A stretch of 64,000 nt of DNA from positions 160,001 to 224,000 of the IMG/VR virus record IMGVR_UViG_3300045988_138996; one strand, written 5' to 3'. Both the position numbers and the translations under genes were made by a program. This DNA is from a virus. Below are positions 19,726-29,841 of the stretch, piece after piece; position 1 is the first letter of the stretch; every line of letters begins with the position of its first letter. Below the pieces are notes generated by a model. That model did no database searches, was not told the DNA's origin, and saw only the letters and a program-made list of their open reading frames with translations.

Positions 19726-20913
19726 GTGAATAAATTAAAAGTTGAATCTTTAAAGGTTAACGTATTAAAAGCGTTACAATTAAAAAAGGCAAAAGCCGAT
19801 AATAAATATAAAGATGATCAGGTATATATTCAAGAACCTGACGAAATGATTCAGAATTTTGAAGATATTCAAAATTTAAAAGAATCGAAACAAGATAAAT
19901 TAAAAGCTGGTAATTCGATTACGATTAGCAGCGATAACGAAATTAATGCCGATATCGATTTAACTCCATATTATACGAAGACACAAACGGCTAAATTATT
20001 TATGGGTCGTGACGAAACGTATACTAAAGAGGAGATCGATGAAAGAACAGGTATTAACGGGCTTCTTGCTGGCAATAATATTTCTATATTTGCTGAGGGC
20101 GGTCGCACAAAAATCGCTACGACAATTGCGTACAAGCTCAGAGATAAAGCAATGTCTATCGGTAATTCTATTTTGGGCCGTGGCACTTCCGTTGGCGTTA
20201 ATGCTTCGGCAACTGGTAGCAACAGTGTTGCATTAGGCGCAGATTCGGTTGCTACGCAAGCCAATCAAGTATCTGTCGGCAACGATACGACTAAACGTAT
20301 TATTAGTAATGTCGCAGACGGTATTGAAGCTAATGATGTGGTAACAGTAGGACAGTTAAATAAAAAATTAAGTTCAGCGCTCGATCAACTTAATCGATTA
20401 GCTAGTCAATTATATCCTGTTGGCTCTATTTATATGAACGTTAATAATGTCGATCCGGCAGCTATTTTTGGTGGCAGTTGGGAACGTATGCCTTCTGGCC
20501 GTATGCTAGTTAATAGTGGTAACGGTTTTAATCTTAACGAAGTTGGCGGCGAAAAAGAACATCGCTTAACGGAAGATGAACTAGCTTCTCATAGTCATAA
20601 TGTTAATAATATTAATGGTAATACTACAAGTACAGCAAAATTAGTTGGCAAATTTTCTTCATCTATTAGACCAAATGGAGACATAACAGATGTTTCATAT
20701 AGAGATGGTTTTGGAATAGTTTCAAAAGAAAGTGAATATGGAATTCATGCTAAGGATGGTGGAATTTCTTCACCAGGACGAAATTATGTTATTGATGCTT
20801 CTCATAATCATACTATCAATTTAAATATAAATATGTTACCATCCGGTAAAAACCAACCTCATAATAATATGCCCCCGTATATCGTTGTTAATATGTGGAA
20901 ACGTATAAGTTAA
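19726..20913 (+). CDS. tail fibre with YadA-like head/neck repeats and C-terminal phage tail-collar domain
   Basis: GTG start after GGGAAGGA. SIGNSILGRGTSVGVNASATGSNSVALGADSVATQANQVSVGN...KRIISNVADGIEANDVVTVGQLN is YadA-like. YPVGSIYM...GGSWERM...GGEKEHRLTEDELASHSH...NNMPPYIVVNMW is collar-like. Confidence 0.75.
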   Translation: MNKLKVESLKVNVLKALQLKKAKADNKYKDDQVYIQEPDEMIQNFEDIQNLKESKQDKLKAGNSITISSDNEINADIDLTPYYTKTQTAKLFMGRDETYTKEEIDERTGINGLLAGNNISIFAEGGRTKIATTIAYKLRDKAMSIGNSILGRGTSVGVNASATGSNSVALGADSVATQANQVSVGNDTTKRIISNVADGIEANDVVTVGQLNKKLSSALDQLNRLASQLYPVGSIYMNVNNVDPAAIFGGSWERMPSGRMLVNSGNGFNLNEVGGEKEHRLTEDELASHSHNVNNINGNTTSTAKLVGKFSSSIRPNGDITDVSYRDGFGIVSKESEYGIHAKDGGISSPGRNYVIDASHNHTINLNINMLPSGKNQPHNNMPPYIVVNMWKRIS

Positions 20914-20923
20914 GGAGATATAC

Positions 20924-22048
20924 ATGCCTGATCAAATACAAAATATTTCGAATGAAATTTTAGAATATAAAGATAAAATTTTCTTTAAGATGTTTAGCGA
21001 TATCTTAAAAGAAAAGAAAGCGCCTTTTCCTGAAAATATTGCGCATTATCTAAATTTGTTGATTTCGACTGTAGGAATAAGACCTGAAAGAATTATATTA
21101 GAATCTGTTAAAAAAGAAAATAATCAATATATCGTATCATTAAGAGGTCCATTCGATAGCTATATCGAAATTAACGGTATTCCGACTCATTTTGATAATG
21201 AAGGTAATATAACTGATTTTAGCGTACCGATTTTGATTAAAGCAGACGATATTCTTAATTTCTATATTTCGGTCGTTAATTTTCCTTATAAAAAAGAAAA
21301 ACCTGCTAGCTACACTAACAATAAAACAGTTCAAGATATGATTAATACTATCGAAATTTCCGATTTATTAGAAACATATAATAAAATCGAAGAACCTGCT
21401 ATCGGCGTATTAAAATATCTTAACAATATTGAAGCTACTTACGATGTAATACCTCATTGGATAAGTAAATTAGACGCTCAAAATACTACAGGTAAGGGAT
21501 TTATTAATTTTACAAATGGTTCAAATGTACCAATAAAAATAGTATTTAACAATCAGGAACATATTCTTTTAGAAAATAATTCTATCGATGTTCCATTTGA
21601 TTTAGATGAATTTTTAGAAGTTTATAAAAATCCTGAATATAATCAAGTTCATATAAATAACTCAGAAGGAACAAACGTATCGAATGTTCAAATCATGGAT
21701 CTTTTAACTCAAGAAGAGTTAAATAATGTTCGATTAACTGTAAATACTGCTATCAATAGAACTAACGATCAAGAGTTCCCGGCAAGAATTAAACCAATTC
21801 TTGCTAATACTAAGTTTTTCGGCGAAGCCGGATACTATGTTAATTTCATGGGCTCCGTTATAAAAGTACCGTCTCAAACTGAAGCCAACGGTGGTATTCC
21901 AGTATCCAAGGCTGAAGTTTTAGCTATGGATGAAAATAATAAAAAACTATTTATTTGTGATAAAGATGGGAATATGATTGGTAAATCAATTACTCCGACA
22001 ACCTTTGTTACTAATAATGTAAAAACAATAAAAGCATTGATTAAATAA
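20924..22048 (+). CDS. receptor-binding/tail-spike-like protein, shared-N-terminus paralog 1
   Basis: N-terminus MPDQIQNISNEILEYK...KKAPFPENIAHYLNLLISTVGI is shared with the next two ORFs. C-terminus is divergent. Confidence 0.55.
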   Translation: MPDQIQNISNEILEYKDKIFFKMFSDILKEKKAPFPENIAHYLNLLISTVGIRPERIILESVKKENNQYIVSLRGPFDSYIEINGIPTHFDNEGNITDFSVPILIKADDILNFYISVVNFPYKKEKPASYTNNKTVQDMINTIEISDLLETYNKIEEPAIGVLKYLNNIEATYDVIPHWISKLDAQNTTGKGFINFTNGSNVPIKIVFNNQEHILLENNSIDVPFDLDEFLEVYKNPEYNQVHINNSEGTNVSNVQIMDLLTQEELNNVRLTVNTAINRTNDQEFPARIKPILANTKFFGEAGYYVNFMGSVIKVPSQTEANGGIPVSKAEVLAMDENNKKLFICDKDGNMIGKSITPTTFVTNNVKTIKALIK

Positions 22049-22061
22049 ATAAGGAGTATAC

Positions 22062-23642
22062 ATGCCTGATAATAAAATACAAGATATAGCTAACGAGATT
22101 ACGGCTTACAAGCCGTATACATTATTTTCTTTGATGGAAAAATCTTTAAAAGAAAATAACGCTCCATTTCCAGAAGAAATTGAATATTATTTAAAGAAAA
22201 TGATTAAATCAATTGGTATTGGCATCAACAGTCTTTTTATTAGCAATGTCGTTAAAAATGATAATAAATATACGTTTACTATTAGTACTCAACCATTTAG
22301 TTATTTAGAAATAAACGACGTTTCTCAAAATATTAAAGAAAATACTAGTATTACTGTTGAAGCCAACATCGACGAAGAAAATCCATTTCCGTATGTTAAA
22401 TTTTTATGGGCTCCTAAGAATAAAAAATTACCTGAAGGATATCAAAAACCTGAAGATAGTGAATACTTAAAAAATTGTACTAATAATTTTTCTTTAAATA
22501 AAGACGATGTTCATATTAACGACGTTGAAGTTGGTTATTTGTTATCTAGAAGTATATTCTCTACTTTTTTCCCGACAAATAAACCATATGTATCTATTCC
22601 TAATGAAGATATAAGTAAAATAAAAATTAATAATCTTGCTCCGAATAAAAAATATAACATAAAAGGATTTAAATTTACAGCCGATGAAAATGGCGAAGCA
22701 GTAATTAATGAAGCAACAAGCGTTGCCGAGAAGTTTAATGAACTTGTGACAAACGTTCCTGTTTCTTTTGACTATGACGGTAAATTTAAAGATTATATCG
22801 ATATTGCAACATATGCCGATATACCTATTACAATGGACCATTCAAAAGATAGTCTTCCATCGGTCTTTTATCGAGATTTCTTTCTTTATAATGGACTATT
22901 TGGCGATAGTGACAATTATTTACATCATATTGTAAATAATTATCATGAGCCATTAGAAATAGAATATCTAGGGGAAACAAAAATTATTCCTGTCGGACAA
23001 AATTCTGAAGAATTTAGTTCTAAAATTACTGCCGATCTTTTGTCAAAAATAAAACCAGATACAACTGAAATAAAGTTAAAAATTAAAAATAATTTTAATT
23101 ATCCTTGGACAAAAGAAATTGAGCATCCTAATCAATATAATATTTTAGGCCAAAATTGTATTCGTAACCTTACTAGTCAATCTTATTTTTATTATGATTA
23201 TTCTTTTGAAGAACTTAAAGCATTCAATTTTAATGGTAAATCTTGTAGTTTAGCAAAAAACGAATATGGATATCGCACAGATCTTGAAAGACAATTCTAT
23301 ACTGTCGATAATGTGTATAAAACTATTTCTGATACAGAAGCATCTGGAGCTGTCGATCTTCTTCCACCAGGGAACTTACCAAGTCACACAGATAATTTAA
23401 CTTTTGTTTTATGTGGAGATAAAACTTCTAGAACATCTAGAACATTTAATTTCTCCCAAGGGATAAAAACTATTAACTCGATTAAAGCTTATAAAAAAGA
23501 TGGGAATTGTCATATTCTTTTAAATTATAATACGAATACACAAAATAATATAGAAGAAGATTTAGGTTTAGAGCGATTTTTGTTTACAGAATCTGAAGCG
23601 CTTCAAGCATCTGGTATTTTAATTGCGACAGAAGAATTTTGA
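22062..23642 (+). CDS. receptor-binding/tail-spike-like protein, shared-N-terminus paralog 2
   Basis: N-terminus MPDNKIQDIANEITAYK...NNAPFPEEIEYYLKKMIKSIGI. 526 aa. Confidence 0.55.
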   Translation: MPDNKIQDIANEITAYKPYTLFSLMEKSLKENNAPFPEEIEYYLKKMIKSIGIGINSLFISNVVKNDNKYTFTISTQPFSYLEINDVSQNIKENTSITVEANIDEENPFPYVKFLWAPKNKKLPEGYQKPEDSEYLKNCTNNFSLNKDDVHINDVEVGYLLSRSIFSTFFPTNKPYVSIPNEDISKIKINNLAPNKKYNIKGFKFTADENGEAVINEATSVAEKFNELVTNVPVSFDYDGKFKDYIDIATYADIPITMDHSKDSLPSVFYRDFFLYNGLFGDSDNYLHHIVNNYHEPLEIEYLGETKIIPVGQNSEEFSSKITADLLSKIKPDTTEIKLKIKNNFNYPWTKEIEHPNQYNILGQNCIRNLTSQSYFYYDYSFEELKAFNFNGKSCSLAKNEYGYRTDLERQFYTVDNVYKTISDTEASGAVDLLPPGNLPSHTDNLTFVLCGDKTSRTSRTFNFSQGIKTINSIKAYKKDGNCHILLNYNTNTQNNIEEDLGLERFLFTESEALQASGILIATEEF

Positions 23643-23676
23643 CCATTTATAATATAAAATAAAAGGATAATTTAAT

Positions 23677-24768
23677 ATGTCTGAAAACAATCAAATTCAA
23701 GAAATTTCTAAATTAATAGCTTCATTATTTTCTCAAGGTTTTAAGCCAGAATTCGAGAAATTTTTAGCCGACAAAAACATTCCGTTTGCAAACCAAACAG
23801 ATTTATATATACAACGATTATTTAATAGCGTATTAAATATCCCGAACGTTGAAATTATTTCTTACGACTTTAATGGCTCTGATATTACAGTAAAATTATC
23901 TGGGCCTTTTAAATCTTATGCTAATATCAATGGTAAAGATGTTAATTTTGATAATAATGGAATTGCGACTACTGTTGTTAAAAATGCAAAAGTTTCCTCT
24001 CAAAATGAAATCTTTTTAAATTTATTAATTCAGTCTGCACCATTTAGAACAGAAAAAGATTCTTCTTTTGTTATTGATTCTTTTTCTGCAGAAGAAGATA
24101 TTGAGAGCAAAACTTTTGATCTTGCTTATGAAGAAGAAGATAGATTATATAAATTTTTAATTTCTAAAAAAATATATAACGATAGTTTATCAAATATTCT
24201 TAGAGCCGAATTTTTAAATAATAAAATTATTGTTAAAAATACAGCGCCATTCGATATTTATGTTAACAATCAAAAGATTAAGAAAAATTCTAAAATAGAA
24301 ATTCCACTTACTATTAAAAATTTATTAGATAGTAATAATACTTATTCTGGAACTATTTATGATTGGAACAATAAACAGCTAATGGGCGATTACGGATCAA
24401 TTATCTCGACACAAGCTTTTAGCGCAGATATAGAGCAAAAATTTAATGAATTATTTGACCGAACAAAAGATTATAATCAAGATGGATTATATTTTGACAA
24501 AGATTCTGCTCTTAGAGATTATAATAGTTCTAAAATTAATTTTAAAAAGACTATTGAATTCAAAAATAATAATCCTATAAAATATCATATAATCGATCAT
24601 TATGGAATAAAATCTGGTCAAGTAACTCCAGCAGATCTTAAAGATATTGTTGCTTATCAATGTCCATCTTCATTAGAAACATATTTTTATGATTCTACCG
24701 GTAAACAGAAATATATTGGAAATTTTGGCATCAATGATGGCTTTATTATTTTTGATGTAGGTGAATAA
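23677..24768 (+). CDS. receptor-binding/tail-spike-like protein, shared-N-terminus paralog 3
   Basis: N-terminus MSENNQIQEISKLIA...KNIPFANQTDLYIQRLFNSVLNI. 363 aa. Confidence 0.5.
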   Translation: MSENNQIQEISKLIASLFSQGFKPEFEKFLADKNIPFANQTDLYIQRLFNSVLNIPNVEIISYDFNGSDITVKLSGPFKSYANINGKDVNFDNNGIATTVVKNAKVSSQNEIFLNLLIQSAPFRTEKDSSFVIDSFSAEEDIESKTFDLAYEEEDRLYKFLISKKIYNDSLSNILRAEFLNNKIIVKNTAPFDIYVNNQKIKKNSKIEIPLTIKNLLDSNNTYSGTIYDWNNKQLMGDYGSIISTQAFSADIEQKFNELFDRTKDYNQDGLYFDKDSALRDYNSSKINFKKTIEFKNNNPIKYHIIDHYGIKSGQVTPADLKDIVAYQCPSSLETYFYDSTGKQKYIGNFGINDGFIIFDVGE

Positions 24769-24773
24769 TTTAT

Positions 24774-25367
24774 ATGACATACGAAGAACAATTAAAACAA
24801 GTTCGTGATAACGTTATTAAAAACGTATATCCGACTATTCAACAACAAGGTTCTTCGAACACCATGATTACTTTGCATTGGACAGCTGGTCATTACGACC
24901 AGTTGTTCGATGATTATCATATGTGTATCGATGGATCTGGTAATGTACATATAATGCAAGATTTAGATAATCGTGCTAGTCACTGTTATCGTGAAAACAC
25001 AAATAACTTTGGTATTTCGGCGTGCTCTAATTATGGTTCCGAATTAAATGGCGACGGCTTTACAGGTTATTCCACATACATACCAGGTTCTGAGCCTGTT
25101 AATGCATTACAACTCGAAGCAATGGCGACTGTTATATATTTATGTTGCGTATCTTGGTGTTTACCGTTAAGCCAAGTATTCACTCACGGTGAACGCTGTT
25201 TGGCACGTCAAGACTTATACGATTATCCGGCAGAACGTTGGGATCTTGATATACTCGTTCCAGAATGTCATACTCGTACTGAAGACGGTTTACATACTGC
25301 AGGCGGTAATTGGATTCGTAACCGTGCTCGTGAAATCGCTAAGATGAACGGAATTAATTATTTATAA
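24774..25367 (+). CDS. N-acetylmuramoyl-L-alanine amidase (Amidase_2/PGRP-like), probable endolysin or virion lysin
   Basis: ITLHWTAGHYD, YHMCIDGSGNVH, NNFGISACS and FTHGE follow the T7-lysozyme-type amidase layout. No cell-wall-binding domain seen. Confidence 0.6.
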   Translation: MTYEEQLKQVRDNVIKNVYPTIQQQGSSNTMITLHWTAGHYDQLFDDYHMCIDGSGNVHIMQDLDNRASHCYRENTNNFGISACSNYGSELNGDGFTGYSTYIPGSEPVNALQLEAMATVIYLCCVSWCLPLSQVFTHGERCLARQDLYDYPAERWDLDILVPECHTRTEDGLHTAGGNWIRNRAREIAKMNGINYL

Positions 25368-25379
25368 TAAGGAGACACT

Positions 25380-28300
25380 ATGTCTATTATTTCTGAAATT
25401 GCACAAGGTTTAAGTTCGATTCTAAGAAAGAATCAAAAGCCTGTAATGCAGTATGCTGAAAATATCGCTTTAGTTGCCGAAGTTCCTTTCGACAAAGAAA
25501 AGGTAAATCAATGCCAAGGCTTTACATATAATCCTCAAACAGAAAAATTTATCGTAGCTTGTATTAATGCTGATAGCTCTACACAAATCTTATATGAGTT
25601 AAATAAAGATTTTACTGTCGCGCGAAGTGTAGAAAATACTGGCGCCGATAAACTTGGTCACTGTAATACTTTATTTTTCGACGATAAGCTACGAGCTACT
25701 AATGGTGCTGCTAACGGTAATCGTATTTACGCGATCGATGATAATTTAAATGCAGGTGAATATAAAGACTATACCGATCGTTTCTATAACGTAGGTTATA
25801 ATCCTGTTACGGGCCAATATGCTAGCGTATTGCCTGGCGAAGATAATAGCACTCGTAAAATTAAAATCTACGCTAATAGCGATTTGACCGACGGTAAAGA
25901 ATATATCGTTACCGTGAATGAGAAAAATAACGATTCTAACGGTGCTTTGTTCGTCGGTAATAAAGTTATATTCAGTTTAATGAGACGCATCGTCGAAGTC
26001 GAAATTAGCGATAATACGGCTACTATCATTCGTGAACTTGAGTTCGAACCAAAGGCCGAAATCGAAGACTTCGCATTAGTCGATGGTGCTATTTATATGG
26101 CAGCTAATAGCCACGACTATATTCGTATCTACAAATATGATTTTGCTAGAAGCTATTTTAATAATATCAATAACGACTTTTTAAATAATGGTATCGTAGT
26201 CGGTAATCAAGTCGGCTATCACGGTCAATCTGTCGACAAAGCTACTAATTATGTTATGGCTAAAATTAATGCTAATAACAATTTAGAAGTCGGTGACAAA
26301 CGTAATTTAACGACAATCTTGGGTAAAGAATTAAAACATTATAACGGTACTAATTCTTATACGGTACTTACGACATATCATTACGATAAAGCGATTTACA
26401 ATAAAACTAAGACTGATGAGCTCTTTGTTAAAAAAGCCGATGTTCAAAGTTTAGTCGGTGGTAAAAAATCTCTTAATGTCGTTGCAGAAGGTGTCGATAA
26501 TACTGGCGCTATCGACGTAACTGAAAAGTTAAACGAAATCTTTGTTAAAGCTAATGCCGAAAAATACGAAGAAGTAATTTTCCCTGACGGTATTTATAAG
26601 ATCGAAAATGTCGTAAAGATTTTCTGCCCAGAAAAGATGAGTCGTTCTTTAATCGTTAGATCCGAGAATACTTATGGCGCCACTATTCTATGCGATCATA
26701 CCGATGCATCTCAAGGTGATATCGGATTTGTATTGACTCGTAATGCCTTAGAAGATCAAGATGAGACAGTAGCAAAAGCTTATAATACCACGATTGACGG
26801 TTTTATTTTTAAAGTTAAAGATCAAGATGCCGAAGGCAGTAGCTTTAAATTTATTGGTACTGCTAGTGACTTTAATGATTTATTATTTATTAATCTAAAA
26901 TTATTAAATCTTCGGATGACTAATACTAAAGATTGTGCTGGTAATAATATCGATTTAGCTGCTAGATGTAATAATTCAACGATCGATAACATCAAAACTA
27001 ATTATGGTATGTATGCTATATATTTAGAGCATGATGGCAGTGTAAATAATAGCATAAGTAATATTGTTTCTAATAACTGTACTTTCTGTATATCTTCGTA
27101 TACATACGCTGATTATGAAACTGTTACTTTCCATTTTGACGATACTGTCGATTTAAATAATGGTAATATGGCTAATTTCTACGCTAATAAAATATCAAAC
27201 TTTAAATTGACTGGTAGATGGGCTCTTAATCAAAATCCATTGTATATTAACGTTGGACCAAGAGCGGAGATTAGTAATGTTACGTTAGATATTACTCTTG
27301 ATGAAAATGCCGACCATGTACTTGTAGAAGAAAAACCTTCGGCATTTATTTATTTAACATCACCAGAAAGTGCCAAACTTGAAGTTAAAGTAAATGATCT
27401 TAAATTCGATAAATTCCAAGAAAACTTCGACTACTGGATACAAAAAGGTACTAAATTCTCTTGGATCAATTCTCCAGAATTATCTATCTCTCCGAATGGC
27501 GTTACTGAGTATCCTGCATTAACTTTATTTAACAATTTAGGTTCTGTCGATGAATATAGTTCTAGAGGTTTCCTTAATAGAAAATATGAAATCAAAGCGG
27601 AAGATTCAGCTAAAACAAGAATCTATTTAGGTTATGATAGAACTATTCATGAAGCAAAAATTGATAGTAAAGATGAATTAGCTGACGGTGAAGGTTCTGC
27701 TATCTTCTTCGGTGCTAATGGCGTTCCTTATAAAGACGCTAAAGATCATGATTATAGTAATTATGCTGCCGGTGTTGCTGGCGATGTGTATTTAGAATCT
27801 AAGCCAAATAACTCCGGTCATTTTGGTTATGTATCGACTTATCGTTATACGACACGAACTGAATATTTACCGACAGCTGATAAGCCTACTTCTGTTACTA
27901 ACCATGGTGATAGAACAATGACTTTTGGCTTCGATAAATTCCCAGTATGGACTAACGGCACATTAAAAGACACTCCGATTACTGTCGGTAGTGGAATGAA
28001 TGTATTGGGTAAAGGTCTCTTTAAGGTTATCGAAACTGATGTCGAAGCTAAAACTATGAAGTGTGAGATACCTGAGACTTATAAATCCGATGTTATTACT
28101 TCATTAGCTGACTTAACTATGGAAATCTATTTCACACCGGCTAAACCTGTTAATACTATGGGTATGATGACATATGAAACAATTCCGATTATTCATTCTG
28201 GTCCTACAGAAAAAAGACCGACTGAGCACTTAGTTGTCGGCCAACAGTATTTCGATACAACACTCGATATGCCGGTATTCTGGAACGGTACTAAATGGAT

Positions 28301-28496
28301 CGTTAATGCTGCCGATGTTAGCGACAGATTAAAAGATTATGTTCGCATCGACAAACTTATGGCAACCGATATGACACAAGCACCAGCGTTTGCTGGACAA
28401 ATGATAATAGATAATAATACACTTTATATCGCAGAGTCTACTGAAGGCCCTGGATCTTGGCGTATAGTTTATTTACAACCTAACGATCATTTATAA
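25380..28496 (+). CDS. tailspike/depolymerase with pectate-lyase-like beta-helix
   Basis: 1038 aa. LNVVAEGVDNTGAIDVTEKLNEIFVKA...EEVIFPDGIYKIEN resembles the N-terminal cap of pectate_lyase_3 tailspikes. Asn-rich repeats follow. Confidence 0.6.
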   Translation: MSIISEIAQGLSSILRKNQKPVMQYAENIALVAEVPFDKEKVNQCQGFTYNPQTEKFIVACINADSSTQILYELNKDFTVARSVENTGADKLGHCNTLFFDDKLRATNGAANGNRIYAIDDNLNAGEYKDYTDRFYNVGYNPVTGQYASVLPGEDNSTRKIKIYANSDLTDGKEYIVTVNEKNNDSNGALFVGNKVIFSLMRRIVEVEISDNTATIIRELEFEPKAEIEDFALVDGAIYMAANSHDYIRIYKYDFARSYFNNINNDFLNNGIVVGNQVGYHGQSVDKATNYVMAKINANNNLEVGDKRNLTTILGKELKHYNGTNSYTVLTTYHYDKAIYNKTKTDELFVKKADVQSLVGGKKSLNVVAEGVDNTGAIDVTEKLNEIFVKANAEKYEEVIFPDGIYKIENVVKIFCPEKMSRSLIVRSENTYGATILCDHTDASQGDIGFVLTRNALEDQDETVAKAYNTTIDGFIFKVKDQDAEGSSFKFIGTASDFNDLLFINLKLLNLRMTNTKDCAGNNIDLAARCNNSTIDNIKTNYGMYAIYLEHDGSVNNSISNIVSNNCTFCISSYTYADYETVTFHFDDTVDLNNGNMANFYANKISNFKLTGRWALNQNPLYINVGPRAEISNVTLDITLDENADHVLVEEKPSAFIYLTSPESAKLEVKVNDLKFDKFQENFDYWIQKGTKFSWINSPELSISPNGVTEYPALTLFNNLGSVDEYSSRGFLNRKYEIKAEDSAKTRIYLGYDRTIHEAKIDSKDELADGEGSAIFFGANGVPYKDAKDHDYSNYAAGVAGDVYLESKPNNSGHFGYVSTYRYTTRTEYLPTADKPTSVTNHGDRTMTFGFDKFPVWTNGTLKDTPITVGSGMNVLGKGLFKVIETDVEAKTMKCEIPETYKSDVITSLADLTMEIYFTPAKPVNTMGMMTYETIPIIHSGPTEKRPTEHLVVGQQYFDTTLDMPVFWNGTKWIVNAADVSDRLKDYVRIDKLMATDMTQAPAFAGQMIIDNNTLYIAESTEGPGSWRIVYLQPNDHL

Positions 28497-28505
28497 TAAA
28501 GATAT

Positions 28506-28533
28506 ATCCCCGTACTTAGTGCGGGGATTTTTT
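28506..28533 (+). terminator. rho-independent terminator
   Basis: ATCCCCG-TACTTAGTG-CGGGGAT followed by TTTTT(T). Confidence 0.8.
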
Positions 28534-28534
28534 C

Positions 28535-28545
28535 TGTAATATAGT
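28535..28545 (+). promoter_or_regulatory. possible late-operon promoter element TGTAATATAGT
   Basis: Immediately after the terminator. Same TGTAATATA core and same CGAAAGGACAT RBS context as at 8654/8696. Confidence 0.35.
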
Positions 28546-28581
28546 AGTATATATTTTAAATCTACGAAAGGACATATTCAT

Positions 28582-29772
28582 ATGCCAGAAACTAATATAT
28601 ACGATTATGAGTTCACCGTTAATGAAAGTGAACCTAAGAGGGCCGAGATGCTCAATCGGTTGAAAGACCGTGTGCAGCACGTTGATAAAAAAGAAGTTAT
28701 CTCGTCTGACGAATACATCGACGGCGAATCTAACTTTAACGAAGATAAAGCATTAAGTGCTTTTTTGTTAAATAAATTGTTTCCGTCTAAAGCTAAACTA
28801 TTAAAAGATCATTATACAAAAGATCAAGTCGACGGTTTGTTGGGCAATCTTATCGCTAAATATTATTTAAAAGATCAGATCGATTCGCTACTCGCCAACT
28901 TAAAGAATGAATTAAAATCCTCTTTAGATGCGAACGGTAGCGAAGCTGTTAAAAAGCTTAACGATCTCAAAACAGAATTATCTAAACATCGTACGCTTGA
29001 GGAGTTAAATCATCCTGATGCTAGTGTTACGACAAGAAAGTTACGTGATCATTCTGTCACAAAAGAAAAGCTTTCAGACGGTTTAACTACAGAATTAAAT
29101 AATAAGTTAAATAAAAATGGCGACACTATCACTGGTCCTCTTAAATTTGCTTATAGTAATCCGATTCTTATGGAAACAGGCCCTGGTACTGGCAAATATC
29201 ATCGTATCGGTTCTGGCTCTACGTTGGAAGAAATCGCGCAAGGCAAAGCTCATCTAGACTTAGGTGATTACGACGGTAACACTTACGAAACTAATCTATG
29301 CTGTGTTAGCCGTCCAGGTTGGTATAATTCTACGACAAAAGAAGTTAAACAATTTGCCCTTCAGGAAGAAATCGAAGCATTAAATAATAAAGTAAACAAT
29401 ATTCCTAAAGGTGGTGGCGGTAGCTCTACCTTCGCTAAGATTTCAGCTAATAAAATTTGGAGCGGTCGTGTTACTGTTAGGAATAATAGAGGATCCAGAT
29501 CTAAGCCAAAATTTAAAGTTTGCGATCTTCCGTCAGATTGGCAACAAATTATCATTTATTCCTCTATTGAGCAACGAGCATCTGATAATGATAGCGGTTG
29601 GTATAACTATATGACAGGTTGTTTCGCGATTCTAGTAAAAGGCATAGCAACTGACGTTATTGCTGGTTATCAAGGTGAACAAGAAGTAAAATCTTTCTTT
29701 GTCGAAGGTAATACTTTATATATGCGTGGTCTTACTCCGAACGGTGACGACGTAAGCGTATTTAACCTTTAA
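28582..29772 (+). CDS. tail fibre protein
   Basis: Repeats YTKDQVDGLLGNL / YLKDQIDSLLANL. GDTITGPLKF is a motif typical of tail fibres. Confidence 0.6.
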   Translation: MPETNIYDYEFTVNESEPKRAEMLNRLKDRVQHVDKKEVISSDEYIDGESNFNEDKALSAFLLNKLFPSKAKLLKDHYTKDQVDGLLGNLIAKYYLKDQIDSLLANLKNELKSSLDANGSEAVKKLNDLKTELSKHRTLEELNHPDASVTTRKLRDHSVTKEKLSDGLTTELNNKLNKNGDTITGPLKFAYSNPILMETGPGTGKYHRIGSGSTLEEIAQGKAHLDLGDYDGNTYETNLCCVSRPGWYNSTTKEVKQFALQEEIEALNNKVNNIPKGGGGSSTFAKISANKIWSGRVTVRNNRGSRSKPKFKVCDLPSDWQQIIIYSSIEQRASDNDSGWYNYMTGCFAILVKGIATDVIAGYQGEQEVKSFFVEGNTLYMRGLTPNGDDVSVFNL

Positions 29773-29776
29773 TTTT

Positions 29777-29826
29777 AATCCTTCATATAATATAATAATA
29801 TTATATTATATGAAGGATTTTTTTAT
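29777..29826 (+). terminator. strong rho-independent terminator
   Basis: Perfect 20-bp stem AATCCTTCATATAATATAAT / ATTATATTATATGAAGGATT with a 3-nt loop, followed by 7 T. Confidence 0.85.
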
Positions 29827-29841
29827 TATGGAGGAAATAGT

